Assembly: GCA_050084515.1 (NCBI GenBank)
Contig: CM114271.1
Coordinates: forward strand, 44,950,001-45,014,000
Direction of reading: 5' to 3'
Length of the DNA stretch: 64,000 bases
Origin: Blasia pusilla
Lineage: Eukaryota
Each line of letters starts with the position of its first letter. Position 1 is the stretch's first letter. The notes beneath the pieces are model-generated. The model was given only the letters and a program-made list of their open reading frames with translations. It was not told the DNA's origin and ran no database searches. Shown one piece after another: positions 44,191-57,600 of this stretch. The position numbers and the translations under genes were made by a program.

Positions 44191-44847
44191 ATGGACAAAA
44201 CTCGTGCAATGAAGAGGACCAGAGGAGTGATCGAGCTCCAACAAGCTTCCAGACCTGCACAAGGACTTCAGGATGGGGAAAGAGGCCATGAATCAGATGG
44301 CGACACTGAAAAACGCGTGAAGAAAGGTGCTGGAAGTGTTTCTTGCTCTGAAATTTCTACTACCAGCTTATCATTGTCAAATTTGAACAAAAACTTCTAC
44401 GATGCAGTTGTGAAGATTTTTATGGGGCCTGCAGGAAAGAAGCCAGCTAAGTCTCACAAGGGATCACTTATAGAACTGCAAGAGTTATCAGCCATGTTGA
44501 AGGTCATTTCAGATGTTTGCAATACTATGGAAACGATTGTGCATGGATTTCTATCTATGCCCATTTCTCTACACAAGCTCGAAAGGTCCATGTCTGAAAA
44601 AACCATCGATGGCTTACCTCAAATCATTGAGAAGTTTGTGTTGCATGTACAAGCACTCTTGATAGATGAAAATATCCTTCAATTGAGTGTGGAAAATAGA
44701 GAGGTGCTCCAATGTTTAGATCAGAACCGTAGTGCTTGGGAATTGCTACGTGCTCAACTTTCCTTTGATCTCTGCCCACAAAGCTTACTTAGAAATTCCC
44801 CCCCCCCCCCCCCTCCCCCCAAACTCATGAATTCTGTTCCGAAGTAA
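44191..44847 (+). CDS. Hypothetical protein (218 aa) downstream of the SWIM transposase
   Basis: ATG-initiated open frame with protein-like helical composition. No recognised domain. The poly-C end may be frameshifted. Confidence 0.4.
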   Translation: MDKTRAMKRTRGVIELQQASRPAQGLQDGERGHESDGDTEKRVKKGAGSVSCSEISTTSLSLSNLNKNFYDAVVKIFMGPAGKKPAKSHKGSLIELQELSAMLKVISDVCNTMETIVHGFLSMPISLHKLERSMSEKTIDGLPQIIEKFVLHVQALLIDENILQLSVENREVLQCLDQNRSAWELLRAQLSFDLCPQSLLRNSPPPPPPPKLMNSVPK

Positions 44848-45371
44848 TATATGAGCTCACATTGTAAGTAAATGTCTCAAAATTTATTTTCTACCTCGTT
44901 TTGATTCCAGCTTGTCTTACTTTACTTTAAAAGGTGCTTTATTTCACCTTTTTGGCCTTGGACAAATGATTTCATTGTATGAGCATTGAGTATCTCACGG
45001 CATATTGGAACATATTTTCATAAAAAACATGATACTTTCAGAATCCTTTTCCCTGATTTTATCTGTAATGAATCCGTTCATGGAGCTATCAGGGTCTTCT
45101 ATCATTCTATTCTTGGACACTAACACATAAAAAGTAGACGCAGAGAATATACACATTCTCATTTCACAGGTAGGCAACGTGTCCATTTAGATGATGTTTG
45201 GATTCTATCCTCGTTCTTTTTCTTACATAAATTGAGAAGATAGGTTGCAAGAGTAAAATGCTTTCCATTCAATGGGGATACATAAAATACTCTCCACTTC
45301 CTCGAAAGATACTTGAGATACAGACTTCAATTCTAAAGATAACTCTAGCACACCGGATTAAAAAATCGTGG

Positions 45372-47285
45372 GGAATTTTCCCATAATTTCTCGTCGTCCT
45401 TAATTCTAAGATGGAATGCTTACCATATTGTCCACTTATCCATTCACTTTATTTTATAGCTTTACATCTCTTTTCTATTTTCTTTGGGTAAAAGAATGGT
45501 ACAAGGATTTCCAATTTTATAGAAAAAAATTATTTTCTTTGAGTGTAATGTGTGTGGAAGATGGAATGTTTTTTGTCTACCACGATCCTACCGACAGTCT
45601 TGTGAATTTTCCAATAATTTCTCGAGCGTCCTTAATTCTAAGATGGAATGCTTACCATATTATCCACTTATCCATTCATTTTTTTTTATAGTTTTACACA
45701 TGTTTTCTATTTGTTTCTATTTTCCGCTCACTAACAACACAGAAAAAAATTGGTAAAGAAATAGTGGAATACTTTCCTTCGCCTACGCACAGCAACGTCC
45801 CACTTCCAATATTATAATAAATTATGATTTTCTTCGAGTGTAATGTGTGTGTAGAAGCTGGAATGCTTTCTATTTACTAGGATCCTATCGACAGTCTTGT
45901 GAATTTTCCCATAATTTCTCGGCGTCCTTAATTCTAAGATGGAATGCTTACCATATTGTCCACTTATCCATTCACTTTTTTTTTATACTTTTACACATGT
46001 TTTCTATTTGTTTCTATTTTCCACTAACTAACAAAAACATAGAAAAAAATTTGTAAAAGAAAGAATGGAATACTTTCCCTCGGCTACGCACAAGAACTCC
46101 CTGCTTCCAATTTTATTTTCTTTGAGTGTAATGTGTGTGGAAGATGGAATGCTTTCTGTTTACCATGATCCTACCGAAAGTCTTGTGAATTTTCCCATAA
46201 TTTCTCGACGTTCTTAATTATAAGATGGAATGCTTACCATATTGTCCACTTATCCATTCACTTTATTTTATAGCTTTACATCTGTTTTCTATTTCTTTGG
46301 GTAAAATAATGGTACAAGGATTTCCAATTTTATAAAAAAAAATTAATTTCTTTGAGTGCAATGTGTGTGGAAGATGGAATGCTTTCTGTTTACCATGATC
46401 CTACCGACAGTCTTGTGAAATTTCCAATAATTTCTCGGCTTCCTTAATTCTAAGATGGAATGCTTACCATATTGTCCACTTATCCATTCACTTTTTTTAA
46501 TAGGTTTACACATGTTTTCTATTTGTTTCTATTTTCCGCTAACAAACAACAATACAGAAAAAAATTGGTAAAAGAAATAGTGGAATACTTTCCTTCGTCT
46601 ACGCACAACAACTTCCCACTTCCAATCTTATGATAAATTATGATTTTCTTCGAGCGTAATGTGTGTGTGTGGAACCTGGAATGCTTTCTATTTAATAGGA
46701 TCCTATCGACAGTCTTGTGAATTTTCCCATAATTTCTCGGCGTCCTTAATTCTAAGATGGAATGCTTACCATATTGTCCACTTATCCATTCACTTTATTT
46801 TATAGCTTTACATCTGTTTACTATTTCTTTGGATAAAATAATGGTACAAGGATTTCTAATTTTATAGAAAATTTTATTTGCTTTGAGTGTAATGTGTGTG
46901 GAAGATGTAATGCTTTCTATTTACCACGATCCTACCGCCACTCTTGTGAAATTTCCAATAATTTCCCGGCGTCCTTAAGTCTAAGATGGAATGCTTAACA
47001 TATTATCCACTTATCCACTCACTGTATTTTATAGTTTTACATCTGTTTTCTATTTGTTTGGGTAAAAGAATGGTACAAGGATTTCCAAATTTTAAAAATA
47101 TTGGAATGCTTTCTATTTACCACAATCCTATTGATAATCTTGTGAATTTTCCCCTAATTTCTTGGCATCCTTAATTCTAAGATGGAATGCTTACCATATT
47201 GTCCATGTATCCATTCACTGTATTTTATAGTTTTATATCTATTTTCTATTTGTGTGGGTAAAGAATGGTACAGGGATTTCCATTA
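45372..47285. repeat. Tandem array of 8 related units in two length classes (~230 and ~290-300 bp)
   Basis: The core TAATTCTAAGATGGAATGCTTACCATATTGTCCACTTATCCATTCA is at 45401, 45633, 45929, 46215, 46445, 46747, 46976 and 47172. Spacings are 232, 296, 286, 230, 302, 229 and 196. Confidence 0.95.
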
Positions 47286-47579
47286 AAAGAAAAAATGTTT
47301 TCCATTTGATGGGTAACATTTAAAGTAACATTTGAAGCAGATCACATGTCGCTACATACCCTATAAGATAGCTAGAATGCCTTCCTTTTGCTAGCCTATA
47401 TCTGTAGCAATATGTCTTCCTTTGATGCCCTATTTTTATGAATTTATTTTTTACGCAAAGGGATGATGGGTTTGAGGTTTGTAATATATCTTTTTTAAAA
47501 TTAATTCATTTATATGAGTCATGAAGATCATAATTTAACAAGTATCAAACCAATTGACACAAAAATATTTTCTTTTCAG

Positions 47580-49200
47580 GAAAAAATTCCCACATATGAA
47601 GAAAGTATTTCCATAGAGAACCTTACAGATTTTGTTCTCTTTGAACAAGAGGTCCTTTTCTTTCCTTTACTGCATACTACATCTATTTACTATCTTACCC
47701 TAAACAATCTACAAGAGTGCATCACACTTAATTTTGGTGACCAATTTTTGCAATTCTGCACCCTTTCCTCCTCCTTGTCGCTTTGCACTATTGTACAAAG
47801 AAGAGTTGTCGACTATCCAGAAAATTCCCAATCGATTCTCTTTTAGTAAATTATATTTGTCATGATTGTCTTAACGGACACAAAGAAGGTATTCCAGCCA
47901 TGTCCAGGTTCTCAAATGCAATATCCACTCAGTTTAGGGAACTACACGGATGACACCTTAACAACAATAAGCATTTAGTTCCATCCCCTTCATCAATGAA
48001 ATGACTTCTTCTATAACATTTTCTGCAAACCTTTCCATTCAAATTAGAGTCCTCATTACTATCTTCTACTTCAACTACCTGCACCTACTTGCATGAATAT
48101 CTTCATCGCTACATAATAGGTACAATGGAGGACATAGAGGCTCTAATAACAAAACATGCTACTCAAAACCTTTGGAGTCAAGTCCATATTGCTGAGATAA
48201 AAGCTAAGAGTAGTGACATTCTTCAACCTTACCTTTCTGATGACCTACGAGCACTTCTAAATAACACACAACCTCAACCTCATTCACCACTACGATATAA
48301 CAATGACCATATCAACCCACCCGAAATCTCTGTACTAAATCCTGAACAAATGGACTTATATAATAGACTTATACACATGCAAACCAGCCTGGTTCTCCTT
48401 AAGGGTGCGCCTGGTAGTGGCAAGAGTTATTTAATCATCATTATGCATCAATATTGGCAATCTGTTGGTATGTCCACTCTTCTCACTACCCCATCGGAAT
48501 TAATGTTGATGTCCGTCTCCATACCACAGCTACCACATTGCATTATGCCTTCGCTATTCCAGTTGGTGGTGATATAGTGCAAGTTTAGATTACATCTGAT
48601 ATCTATGTGAAACTTCATAATGCTAGTGTTATCATTATAGACGAATGCTCCGTGCTAACACCACATCTTCCTTAGATTGTAGTTATGAGATTGAATGAAT
48701 GCAGCCCTTCCTATGGTTCAAACCCTTCCAACAATTATTTTCGTTGGGGATATGTGTCAGCTACCACCGGTATGTTGCCACAAGTTCAACAAGATTTTCC
48801 ACATTTTCCATCTATCTTCATTAGTATTCCTAAATAATGCTAAAACCTTTCAACTCACTATTCCTATGAGACATTTTGATGACCTGCCTTATTGTTTTTT
48901 CCTAACTTCCATAAGGACAATAATACCCATCGCGAATCAGATCCATGAATGCCTTCAATCCTGCTTTGTCACAGAGGACCAAGGAGTAGACTTCATCACA
49001 CATGACACAACCATAATATGTTCTCACCGTTATGATGCTCAACTATTTAATACTATTGCTCTTCGAAGATTGTTTGGAAGTGCTTCTATGGTTAATATTC
49101 CAATACTATTGAATATATGCACCTTCATCTCCAGACTTCCACACATGGTTAGAAGATGAAGACTTTCATCGGATACCATTCCTTGTAGTAGGATGCAAGG
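47580..49200 (+). mobile_element. Degenerate PIF1-family helicase, N-terminal part (probably from a Helitron/Helentron-type element)
   Basis: LNPEQ..., LLKGAPGSGKSYL (Walker A), VIIIDECSVL (Walker B), IIFVGDMCQLPPV, LTIPMRH..D, IICSHR. Frameshifted. Confidence 0.85.
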
Positions 49201-49329
49201 ATGTTGCTCTCATTTGAAGCCATTCTGCATTGTGAAAATTAGTGAAAGTACATATAGAAATGTTATACTTGCTGGCCATATGTAAGAAAATCAGATGATT
49301 CTAGTATTCCTAGAATTCAGAGTTGGTTC

Positions 49330-49640
49330 ATTGTCTTTACACGTGAGAGCATGAGATATATCATACTTGGTGCAAAAGCAAATTTGACAAATAAGGAGAC
49401 ATCTACCATTTATTGTTGAGCCTTGACTCTTATGGGCTGTAATTGCATAGCCAAGAGATAAGGGAAATGAATTTTTGTAATATTTATGGTAAGATGTATA
49501 ATGAATTATAGCATAGTTGGATCTAGTAATATTCACTAGCTTACCTGAAGAGCAGATGGTAACTAATATACTTGAAATGTCGTTATCAGTGTAGTGTATC
49601 TCTTGGACAATATAGAGGCCCCATTAGCAACATGTGCTAA
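49330..49640 (-). mobile_element. Inverted C-terminal part of the same PIF1-like helicase
   Basis: Minus strand reads VANGAS, then FPLSLGYAITAHKSQGSTI, then (frameshifted) FAPSMIYLMLSRV. These are the motifs missing from the + strand part. Confidence 0.8.
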
Positions 49641-52600
49641 TGGGAAAGATCCAGGGGAAAGAAGGTTGCTTTTGGTGCAGGAACTAGCACAATTCTATCT
49701 TACATGCATAAGTTGGATTAGGCTGATACTCACCCTAATCCAACACCAGACCATGACAACAACTTTAGTGCACATCATCAAGAACATTTCATTATAGCTC
49801 GATCCCATGTAACAACACCTACTTTCAATTCTCTATGCTATAATTTCTCCCTTGCTATTACTAACTATTAGCCAACAGGTTCCAACTAGCTACATGGACC
49901 TCGCCTCCATGATTGTTAGCGACATCGAGAGTATCCAAGAGGTCCAAACACCACGTTTTGTGCAGCCAACAGAGAACCAGATGAGATTTTGTGGCAATCT
50001 CGGCCTTGTTCTAGCTTTCTGGGAGAATGGCGTTACTAGTAGGCAGATTCAGATACTCATTGCCCAAGGGCAAGACTAAAATGACAAATTCATGCTCCTA
50101 AATAAAGATGCTCCAACTTTAGGTATACATTCCCAATGGTTTATCTCCTCACATTTTCTTCTATGCATATTTCTATATTGCATTTTTTTTCCTCCTTTTT
50201 TATTCCACTTCTAACACTTACTTTTTCTCTTATAGGGCTTCAAAAGGAAGCACTCACATTCAAAAAAATTGATTATAAGGAGACCTCATTGACACGCACT
50301 CATGCTTATAGGCTATTCTCCCTTGCATCATGATAGATTATACTAGAATAATTGCGCCCACTCACACACGAGTTTCGTTTACCATTGGACATGCTCGTTG
50401 ATCTTTCTTCGGTCAAAGCATCTCATTTATTTATATGGCTAAAGCTAGCAAAAGCCAATGGAGAGCTCCCATAGTTCCTAGTGCCACCCACTGATAACAA
50501 CAAACCACACAATATCCCAGTCCTACGAGATTTTGATCTAAGTGCTCCACAGCGCTAGAATACCACTTCATACACAAACATGAATCTTCTCAACTCACAA
50601 GGGAAACACAAATGTGCTTCACTACATGTATTTTTACTTACCTCTCCATGCATTTTTATTTGCTGCTTACGTTAACACAATTTTCCAAGTTATGTATTCT
50701 CATTTCAATTTTTGGCTCTCACAATCAACCACTTATTAAGTTACTAATCTACTTTACTTGCGCTTCCACACGTTCATATCTATTTGTTACCACAATTATT
50801 TACTTCAATCTGTCCTATGCAACACATATACCACACTTTTCCACTCACCTTTATTCCCATTTTTCAAATGCAGTTCTTTCTCCTTATTACAAACTTTCTC
50901 TTCATGGAACTATTATTTTTACTCCTGTTCCACTTGCAGAATTTTAATTACCTATTCACTTGCTTCCAATTATTCTAACTATCATCTCTGTTTTTCTTCT
51001 CATTCAATTCTCACAACTTGTGTCTACTGCATGCTCATTTCTATTGAAGATTGAGTTATAGTCAAACTCATGAGACACCTGAACTGCTACATTTGGTAAT
51101 CACATGAAATAGGGAAGCTTAATCTTGGCTAGTTAGTTAAGCGCGTTAATCATAGTAAGTCTGACTTATTTAGGGATTAGTTAATTATAGTAAGTCTAAC
51201 TTGAGACTATAATTAAGATTAGGGTTAGTGTTGCTTGTACATATCCTATATAATCGAGAAGGGGACCAGCCTCCATTCATTCTCTCATTGCAAAAATTTG
51301 TTCTCCATGGTGGTGTGTGAGTGTGAGAACCATTTCCCACCAATTATGCTTCTTTAGCAGTTTTCTACAATTTCCCAAATATCATAAAGCTACAATCTCT
51401 CCTTCTATCCACTTTGCCTCCTTATTATCTCTTACAATACTCTAAACTATTATGTAATCTCCTTCTTTATGGTGTATGCAACCTAGATCAAGAAGACCAT
51501 GTAGGAGAGCACACTATAGTATGGCTTCTACAACTTGTACACCTCCGCTCCATCATGATACAATACCTCTTCATGTTCATGAAGAGGCCCTCACTAAGCT
51601 ATATGACACTGAATCTGAAGTTTCCAAACTTGAGATACAAATAGGATTGCGTGACGATGTCATTTCCTCTCTCCACAAAGATCTAGATGATCAAAAGGAG
51701 ACAATCACCTTACATACCAACAATCTCGAGGAATCTGCTGCCAACTTCAAGGATTTTATGAAGCACATGGCACCCATGATTGTTGGAGAGCCCAGGCTTA
51801 GATTGCAAGCTAGTATAATAGAGTCTCTACTCAGTCCTTGATATGAATTGGCTCTCCATGAAGGTGCTCTATTTTGTTTCCAATCAGAGACAGATTCTAC
51901 TACAGTGTGACTTTTTGCTTTGTTCTAGCACACACACATGAATACTGTGAAATCTGCATTCTACAATTTTGGAAATGCCTACTTATTTTGCACACAATTG
52001 TACTTTTGTTCTAAGTTCCTTTTCCACTTAAGTTTCACTGTGATTCAATCTCAGCCTTGTCATTATCTTCACTAACAAATGCATCATTGTTGTTCAACTT
52101 TTCTGTTTATATTGTATTTGCATCCACAGACCTTAAAATATGACTCTCTATTTATTCTCTCCTTATGTCCAATGTTATCATGCTTTGTTTTATATTTGGG
52201 CTTCATCTCTGCCTTTTTTTTGGTCTTTACATTCCTCGTCTCTACTCTCTGACTTAAATATCTTTTCGTTGATACTCAACCATCTTTTGTTGACCTTTTC
52301 ATGCGACATCCCCCAAAAAAGTTTTATGTTTTGTTTATTTAGGTTTTTTTTACCTTCATGTGTGTCATTCTACTCACTCCACTATCTTTCCTACTCATCT
52401 TTCAGTTCACCCAATATCCCTGTCTTCCTTTTTAGTTACTTACCCCACTTTCACCTCAATTCCTATCTTGCTTCAATTCATGCCATTCAACCTCTATCTA
52501 TTTCGGTGTTTGAACACTGTGCAACGATTGTTCAGACTAGAATGTCAGAGTTCTACTTATGTTCTATGTCTACTAATATGCTGTAATGTTTGTCATATGT

Positions 52601-53454
52601 AGGGTTGTATAGATGAGGAGATCATTGATACTTGAGATGACGAGGAGGAGACAGAGGAAGGAAGTCTATCAAAATATGTTGAGGATGTAGAGACTACATG
52701 TTCATAAGGTATAGACAAATGATTGTTCCAAATCACTCCTATTTTTTTTGCCTTGTTGTATAGGGCAGGAGAATTGACATCCCTCCTTTCTCCTGTTTGT
52801 AGATGAAGAGGACATGGAATCCTCCTTCCAATGAGCGAAGAGGCAAAGGAGGGCAACCAAGAAGGAAGACATGGAGAAGAAGGCAGTAGAGACACGGGCA
52901 GGAGAGGAAAGATCAGCCATGGAGAAGGCATTGGATGAGATGAGAGCAGAGAAGGCCGCCTTGGAGGAAGAATTATTAAAATTCAAGGCAAATGCAACCA
53001 TCACGGAGGAGGTGACAACTGAGAAGTCATCCATGGAAGCAACCATGGAGTCTACAGCGGTTGGAGATGATGTATCCCTTGCACATGAACCCCCTACTCT
53101 TGAGCCAATTGCAGCAGAGACTGAGGAGCCAATGGTTCTTCCAAAGGCACCGGTGATGCCTCGTAGTAGGGCTAAAACCAAGACACCTAGAATGGTGAGA
53201 ATCGGTCTTGCTATGTTAGAACTTTATTCTCTATGTCTATGTCATTCTTTCCTCACAAGTTATGCCCTGTATGTATTGTTTGTTGTGCGCATACACATCG
53301 CTACATAATATACATCATTGTCATCGAACACACATACAAACATGCACGATCCCATGCTAACTCATGGCATCCAAACAATGAGATAAGAAGTACTAAAATA
53401 TCTCCAATTAAAATAAAGATCCAATCTCTCTCAACACCATAACTCTCAAATGTG

Positions 53455-54131
53455 TGCACTCTCACATGTCTCTCTCAATGTCAAACCAAACCCACTCTGC
53501 TAATGAGAGGCTTGGGTTACACACACAAGGCAAGCAAGACCATAGCTCTGTCGCCTCATGCCAAGAGGTTCAACAAAGAAAGAATGAGCTCTCAAGCTCT
53601 CTCTCCTTGAGGTATATCCCTCCCCTCTCCCAAGTTGTCTCCATGGTCACAAGTCACCTCCTTGGCTCTTGACCTGATGTAGGAGGTCAAGGGCTACTTA
53701 CCAAAGATAAAATTTGACCATATACTCAAAATGGTACTTACCTAAAATAATAGGTTCCTCAAATGGCTCGAAACGAAAGGGAAACCTGCTCTCTCTGGTT
53801 TCCCGGGGCCTCAGAAAGTCATCCTCGACCTCTTGAGCCTGTCCTCCACTACTCGCGAAGGAGCTCTACTAGATCTCACTGATCTATCCTAAAAGACGTG
53901 GCATGTTCTTGCAAGCATGATCCTTGTGATGAAGACTATTCTAGGATGGAGCAATAGGAGCAGCCGCGATACCTAGTGTAAACATCTAGCTCCTTACTTT
54001 GCCATTCATTTCCATGTTTGAACATTCCTTCCTAGGGTTGCTTTATTTCCTTTCTTCACAATTTGGTTCCTTTCCTTGTACAGGTTGGTTGGAGTTAGGG
54101 ACCATGTTGGAGCGAATCCTGGTTATGACAT
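53455..54131. repeat. Dispersed repeat, possible solo-LTR remnant homologous to 19640-19965
   Basis: Collinear similarity with the 19.6-kb copy. It ends in GGTTATGACA at 54131, which fits a TG...CA LTR terminus. The other end was not found. Confidence 0.5.
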
Positions 54132-54699
54132 TTTGTAGTGGAGTGTAGGAGGGTAGGAGCAGAAAGTATAGCTTTCATTGCGAGCGTAGCTCCATGGGAA
54201 TAACACCATTTTTTCATTAGCTACTTGGCAACACCTATGTTAACTTCCATTGCATGAAATATATAAAGCTCCTTTTTTGTGTCACACTTTCATCCTACAT
54301 ACTTTCTTTCTGATGTTACAATATCGTGTCACTTGTAAAATTCAGAACACTTACTGCACTGTTCGCTTGAACGGTTTGTCCTATTACCATCTAGTCAACT
54401 GTGGCACCATTTTTTAGGTGTAAGCTATTTCATCAATCAATAACTCACCTAACTTGGAACACTTAGTGCACTATTCACTTGAACTATTCGAATTATTCTT
54501 CTTTAGTTAGTTCTGGCCCCCTTTGTTGGTCGTAAGGCTAATTCACCGAACGTTAACTTCCCTTAACCCGAACACTGACTTCACTCTTCGCTTCAGCTGG
54601 TTTCATTATTTTGAGAACAATTGTTGAGTGTAAGGCTACTGCACCTAAACTTTGCAGCAGGGAGTGAGGCAAATGGTTGTATCAATGAGGAAGTTTTTT

Positions 54700-57600
54700 T
54701 TCAAGAGTCTTCACTTTACTTTCCATAATATCTATTCACATTTTTTTGGCCGCATGCAACCATCACTTCAATTTTGAATGTCTATGCAAGCATTTTATTC
54801 CCCCAATAGGGCTTTCGCATATGAACTTGCTTGAGTCTTTTGCGCTTCGGGTACTTGCTGTTGTTGATCACCACATTGGATGCGGTCCAATGTTCGTTGA
54901 GTTTGAATGGCCTCAAATTTTTTCTTCTGCTTCTTCACTTGGCTCGGATTTTTTGGTGTTGTTTCAACATACTTCATCCACAACATCTCCAAATCCACTT
55001 CCTCCTCTACTTTCAAGTCCAACTCTTGGTTCATAGTGCTGAATCTTTCCTTGGGAGCAACATGCAACTTCATAGGGGGTTGGGCAGTAATATTCTGGTG
55101 AATGTGAGAATTGGTGAGATCATTTTTTCCTTTTCCGACCATCCATCATATTTTCCACAAAGTCCTTTCTTCGAATCAAATTCCAATCAGCACCATTGAC
55201 TTCCTCCATCGGTGTGGGCGGTGTGTTTTCCTTGTTTTGAGAAGTATGTGGCATTCAATTCGTGTTTGGCCTTCAAGTCAAGGACTTTCTGGACGACATC
55301 TTTTAAAAGAGTAAGGATATGGTCCATGAGGACAACACAATGGTTTAATTTTCTTGATATGTCTCTAACCAATGAAACCAAATCGTGCTCTCCAACTACT
55401 GTAGGCCTTTATCATCGGTCATGGGGAAATTAAAGTCTACAAGATAAGCGGGTTCCCCACCCCCGACTACCTCACCCATCAATGTTGTCATCCCCCCCCC
55501 CAATACTCCCCTTCTTTCTACCCAAATACATAAGGATATCAATTTTTGTGTGACCTTGCATTAGAAGAACCTTCATCTATACAAAACAATAAACAATTTT
55601 AGAAATGTTTGAACACCGGAATCAAAAACCAAATTTATGTCATTTATGAAGGATGAAATAGCAACTAACCTGATGTTTATATGTGTTCCCCTCAGCAGCG
55701 TGGGGGCACGTACATGTGCTGTAATCCTTGTCATAATCGATGACTTCATGAGTTTGGAGGGGTTTCGATTGACTTTTCACAAATGCAACTTTTCTCTCGC
55801 TAATGGAAGTTAAGGTAGCATGTTCATATGGAATGGACTTGGCATTCTTTATTGCCATGACCATATTTTTCTCCACCATTTGATTCCGCACACACCTTTG
55901 CATCTTCAAATTTGAGGTACACCAATAGTACAACTCTACTATGTCAACTAACACATGCAATAGCCATGACAAGCGACGTTGACGTTTAGTTCTCTTGGAA
56001 GCTTTCAAGTGAGTCTTCAAAATGGAATGCCAACACTCCACAACACCATTCGTATTCTGGTTTGCTCTCCTTATGGTGCTCTGATATTGGGTAGCCCATC
56101 TGCGTATCTTGGGAATCCAATATGATTGATAGTTCTCACAAAATAGAGGTTCTTGACCCTTCCATCGATGTACGAAAGCTTCAACAGATACCACAGGATG
56201 TGTAAAGTCAAGAAAGAGGATTTAGTTGAGTACTCCACATTACACTTCTTCGATAGAAGCCTTCGAACACTTATTGGAATGTTCAAAGACCTATTCAAAA
56301 CTATTCCACATGTGGTTCTAAGCCTGATAATTCTCAACAGCGAGGCAGTGATTTTCAAAAGATGTGAACTTGTATCTGTGGTATACATGACTTGGGCAAG
56401 CTCTCTATTCATCCAAGCCTTGATAATTGGATCTCTAACCTACATATGCAAGTTTTTTTATCGAGGCTTTGCGGATGTGCCAGATGCACAGGAATATCAT
56501 GATCCCCAGAAATACGCCTCTGAATATAATGGAGCAAACAAGTATTACATATTTGAAGGACTGAACCATTGAAAGTGTTATAGAATGACATTTTTTATAC
56601 TAAATATACATAACAAAACATGAAACAAATTCACGTAGGATAGGGTAATTTATCAGATAACACATACTCTATTGCAGTCAGTTCCTCGTTGGAATCATCC
56701 ACTATGAAACAAGAGGCCTCCATAACTCAGAAGATTCAAGTACTTCCCTTCTGTAATGATTCACTTGTAATTTGATGGCACTTAAGACCTCCGCAATATC
56801 AGCTTGTGTGCGTCTTTTCATCAAAGCCTATGCGCTTTGATGAAGCATGGAACTCCATGAATTCCATGGAGTTCCATTTTGGAATTCATCATATATAGCA
56901 TAAAAGTGTAAAAAATTGGAACTTCAAACACAAAAGAAAACCCAGATAGTTAGTTGAAATTGCAAACTTATGGATTCTTACACCAAATAAAAACTAAACC
57001 AGACTTCATTGATTTTATTTTAGAATATTTACTAATTTGATGTCCATGGTTGGACACCAAATTAGTGGATAGATGTAATGTATTACCTCACAAAGATTAG
57101 TTCTAAAAGTTGAATACATTCCCATTGCACCTCCTTGGCTCAATGTACCAAGATTCTCAACCATCCATGGCGTTGCAACTACTAGCAAAATGGAACACCT
57201 GCTGGTTTGTTTTGTTCTCGATAGAACAAAGCCAAACCATGATGTTATTGGACCCACATTCTTATTGCAGTTGCATCACATGGAATGTAATAATGTGAAT
57301 TTAGCTTCAATTGTAGTCTGATGTTGCAGATATCTTTCATGGTGAGATTCATATCCCTTGACCATATGACCTTCTTAACTGTACTTCCCGAACACCTTTC
57401 TGTGATGTGTCAATAGTATTTGTTTAGAATGTCTGCAGGCTGAACACCAACTCTCAACAAGCGTTCAACAAACTCATGATATCTATTAGATAGACGTGAT
57501 GCAATATGAGCATTTGCAACAATTGCACTCTTATCCAACATCCCATTTCAGAATTCATTATTCTTGTTAGTGTGTTCACGATGCATCCAACGAATCAAAA

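Noticed and set aside
45372-47285. CRISPR-like array
   Set aside because: Units are 200-300 bp, the intervening segments are themselves repeated rather than unique spacers, there are no cas genes, and the context is eukaryotic.
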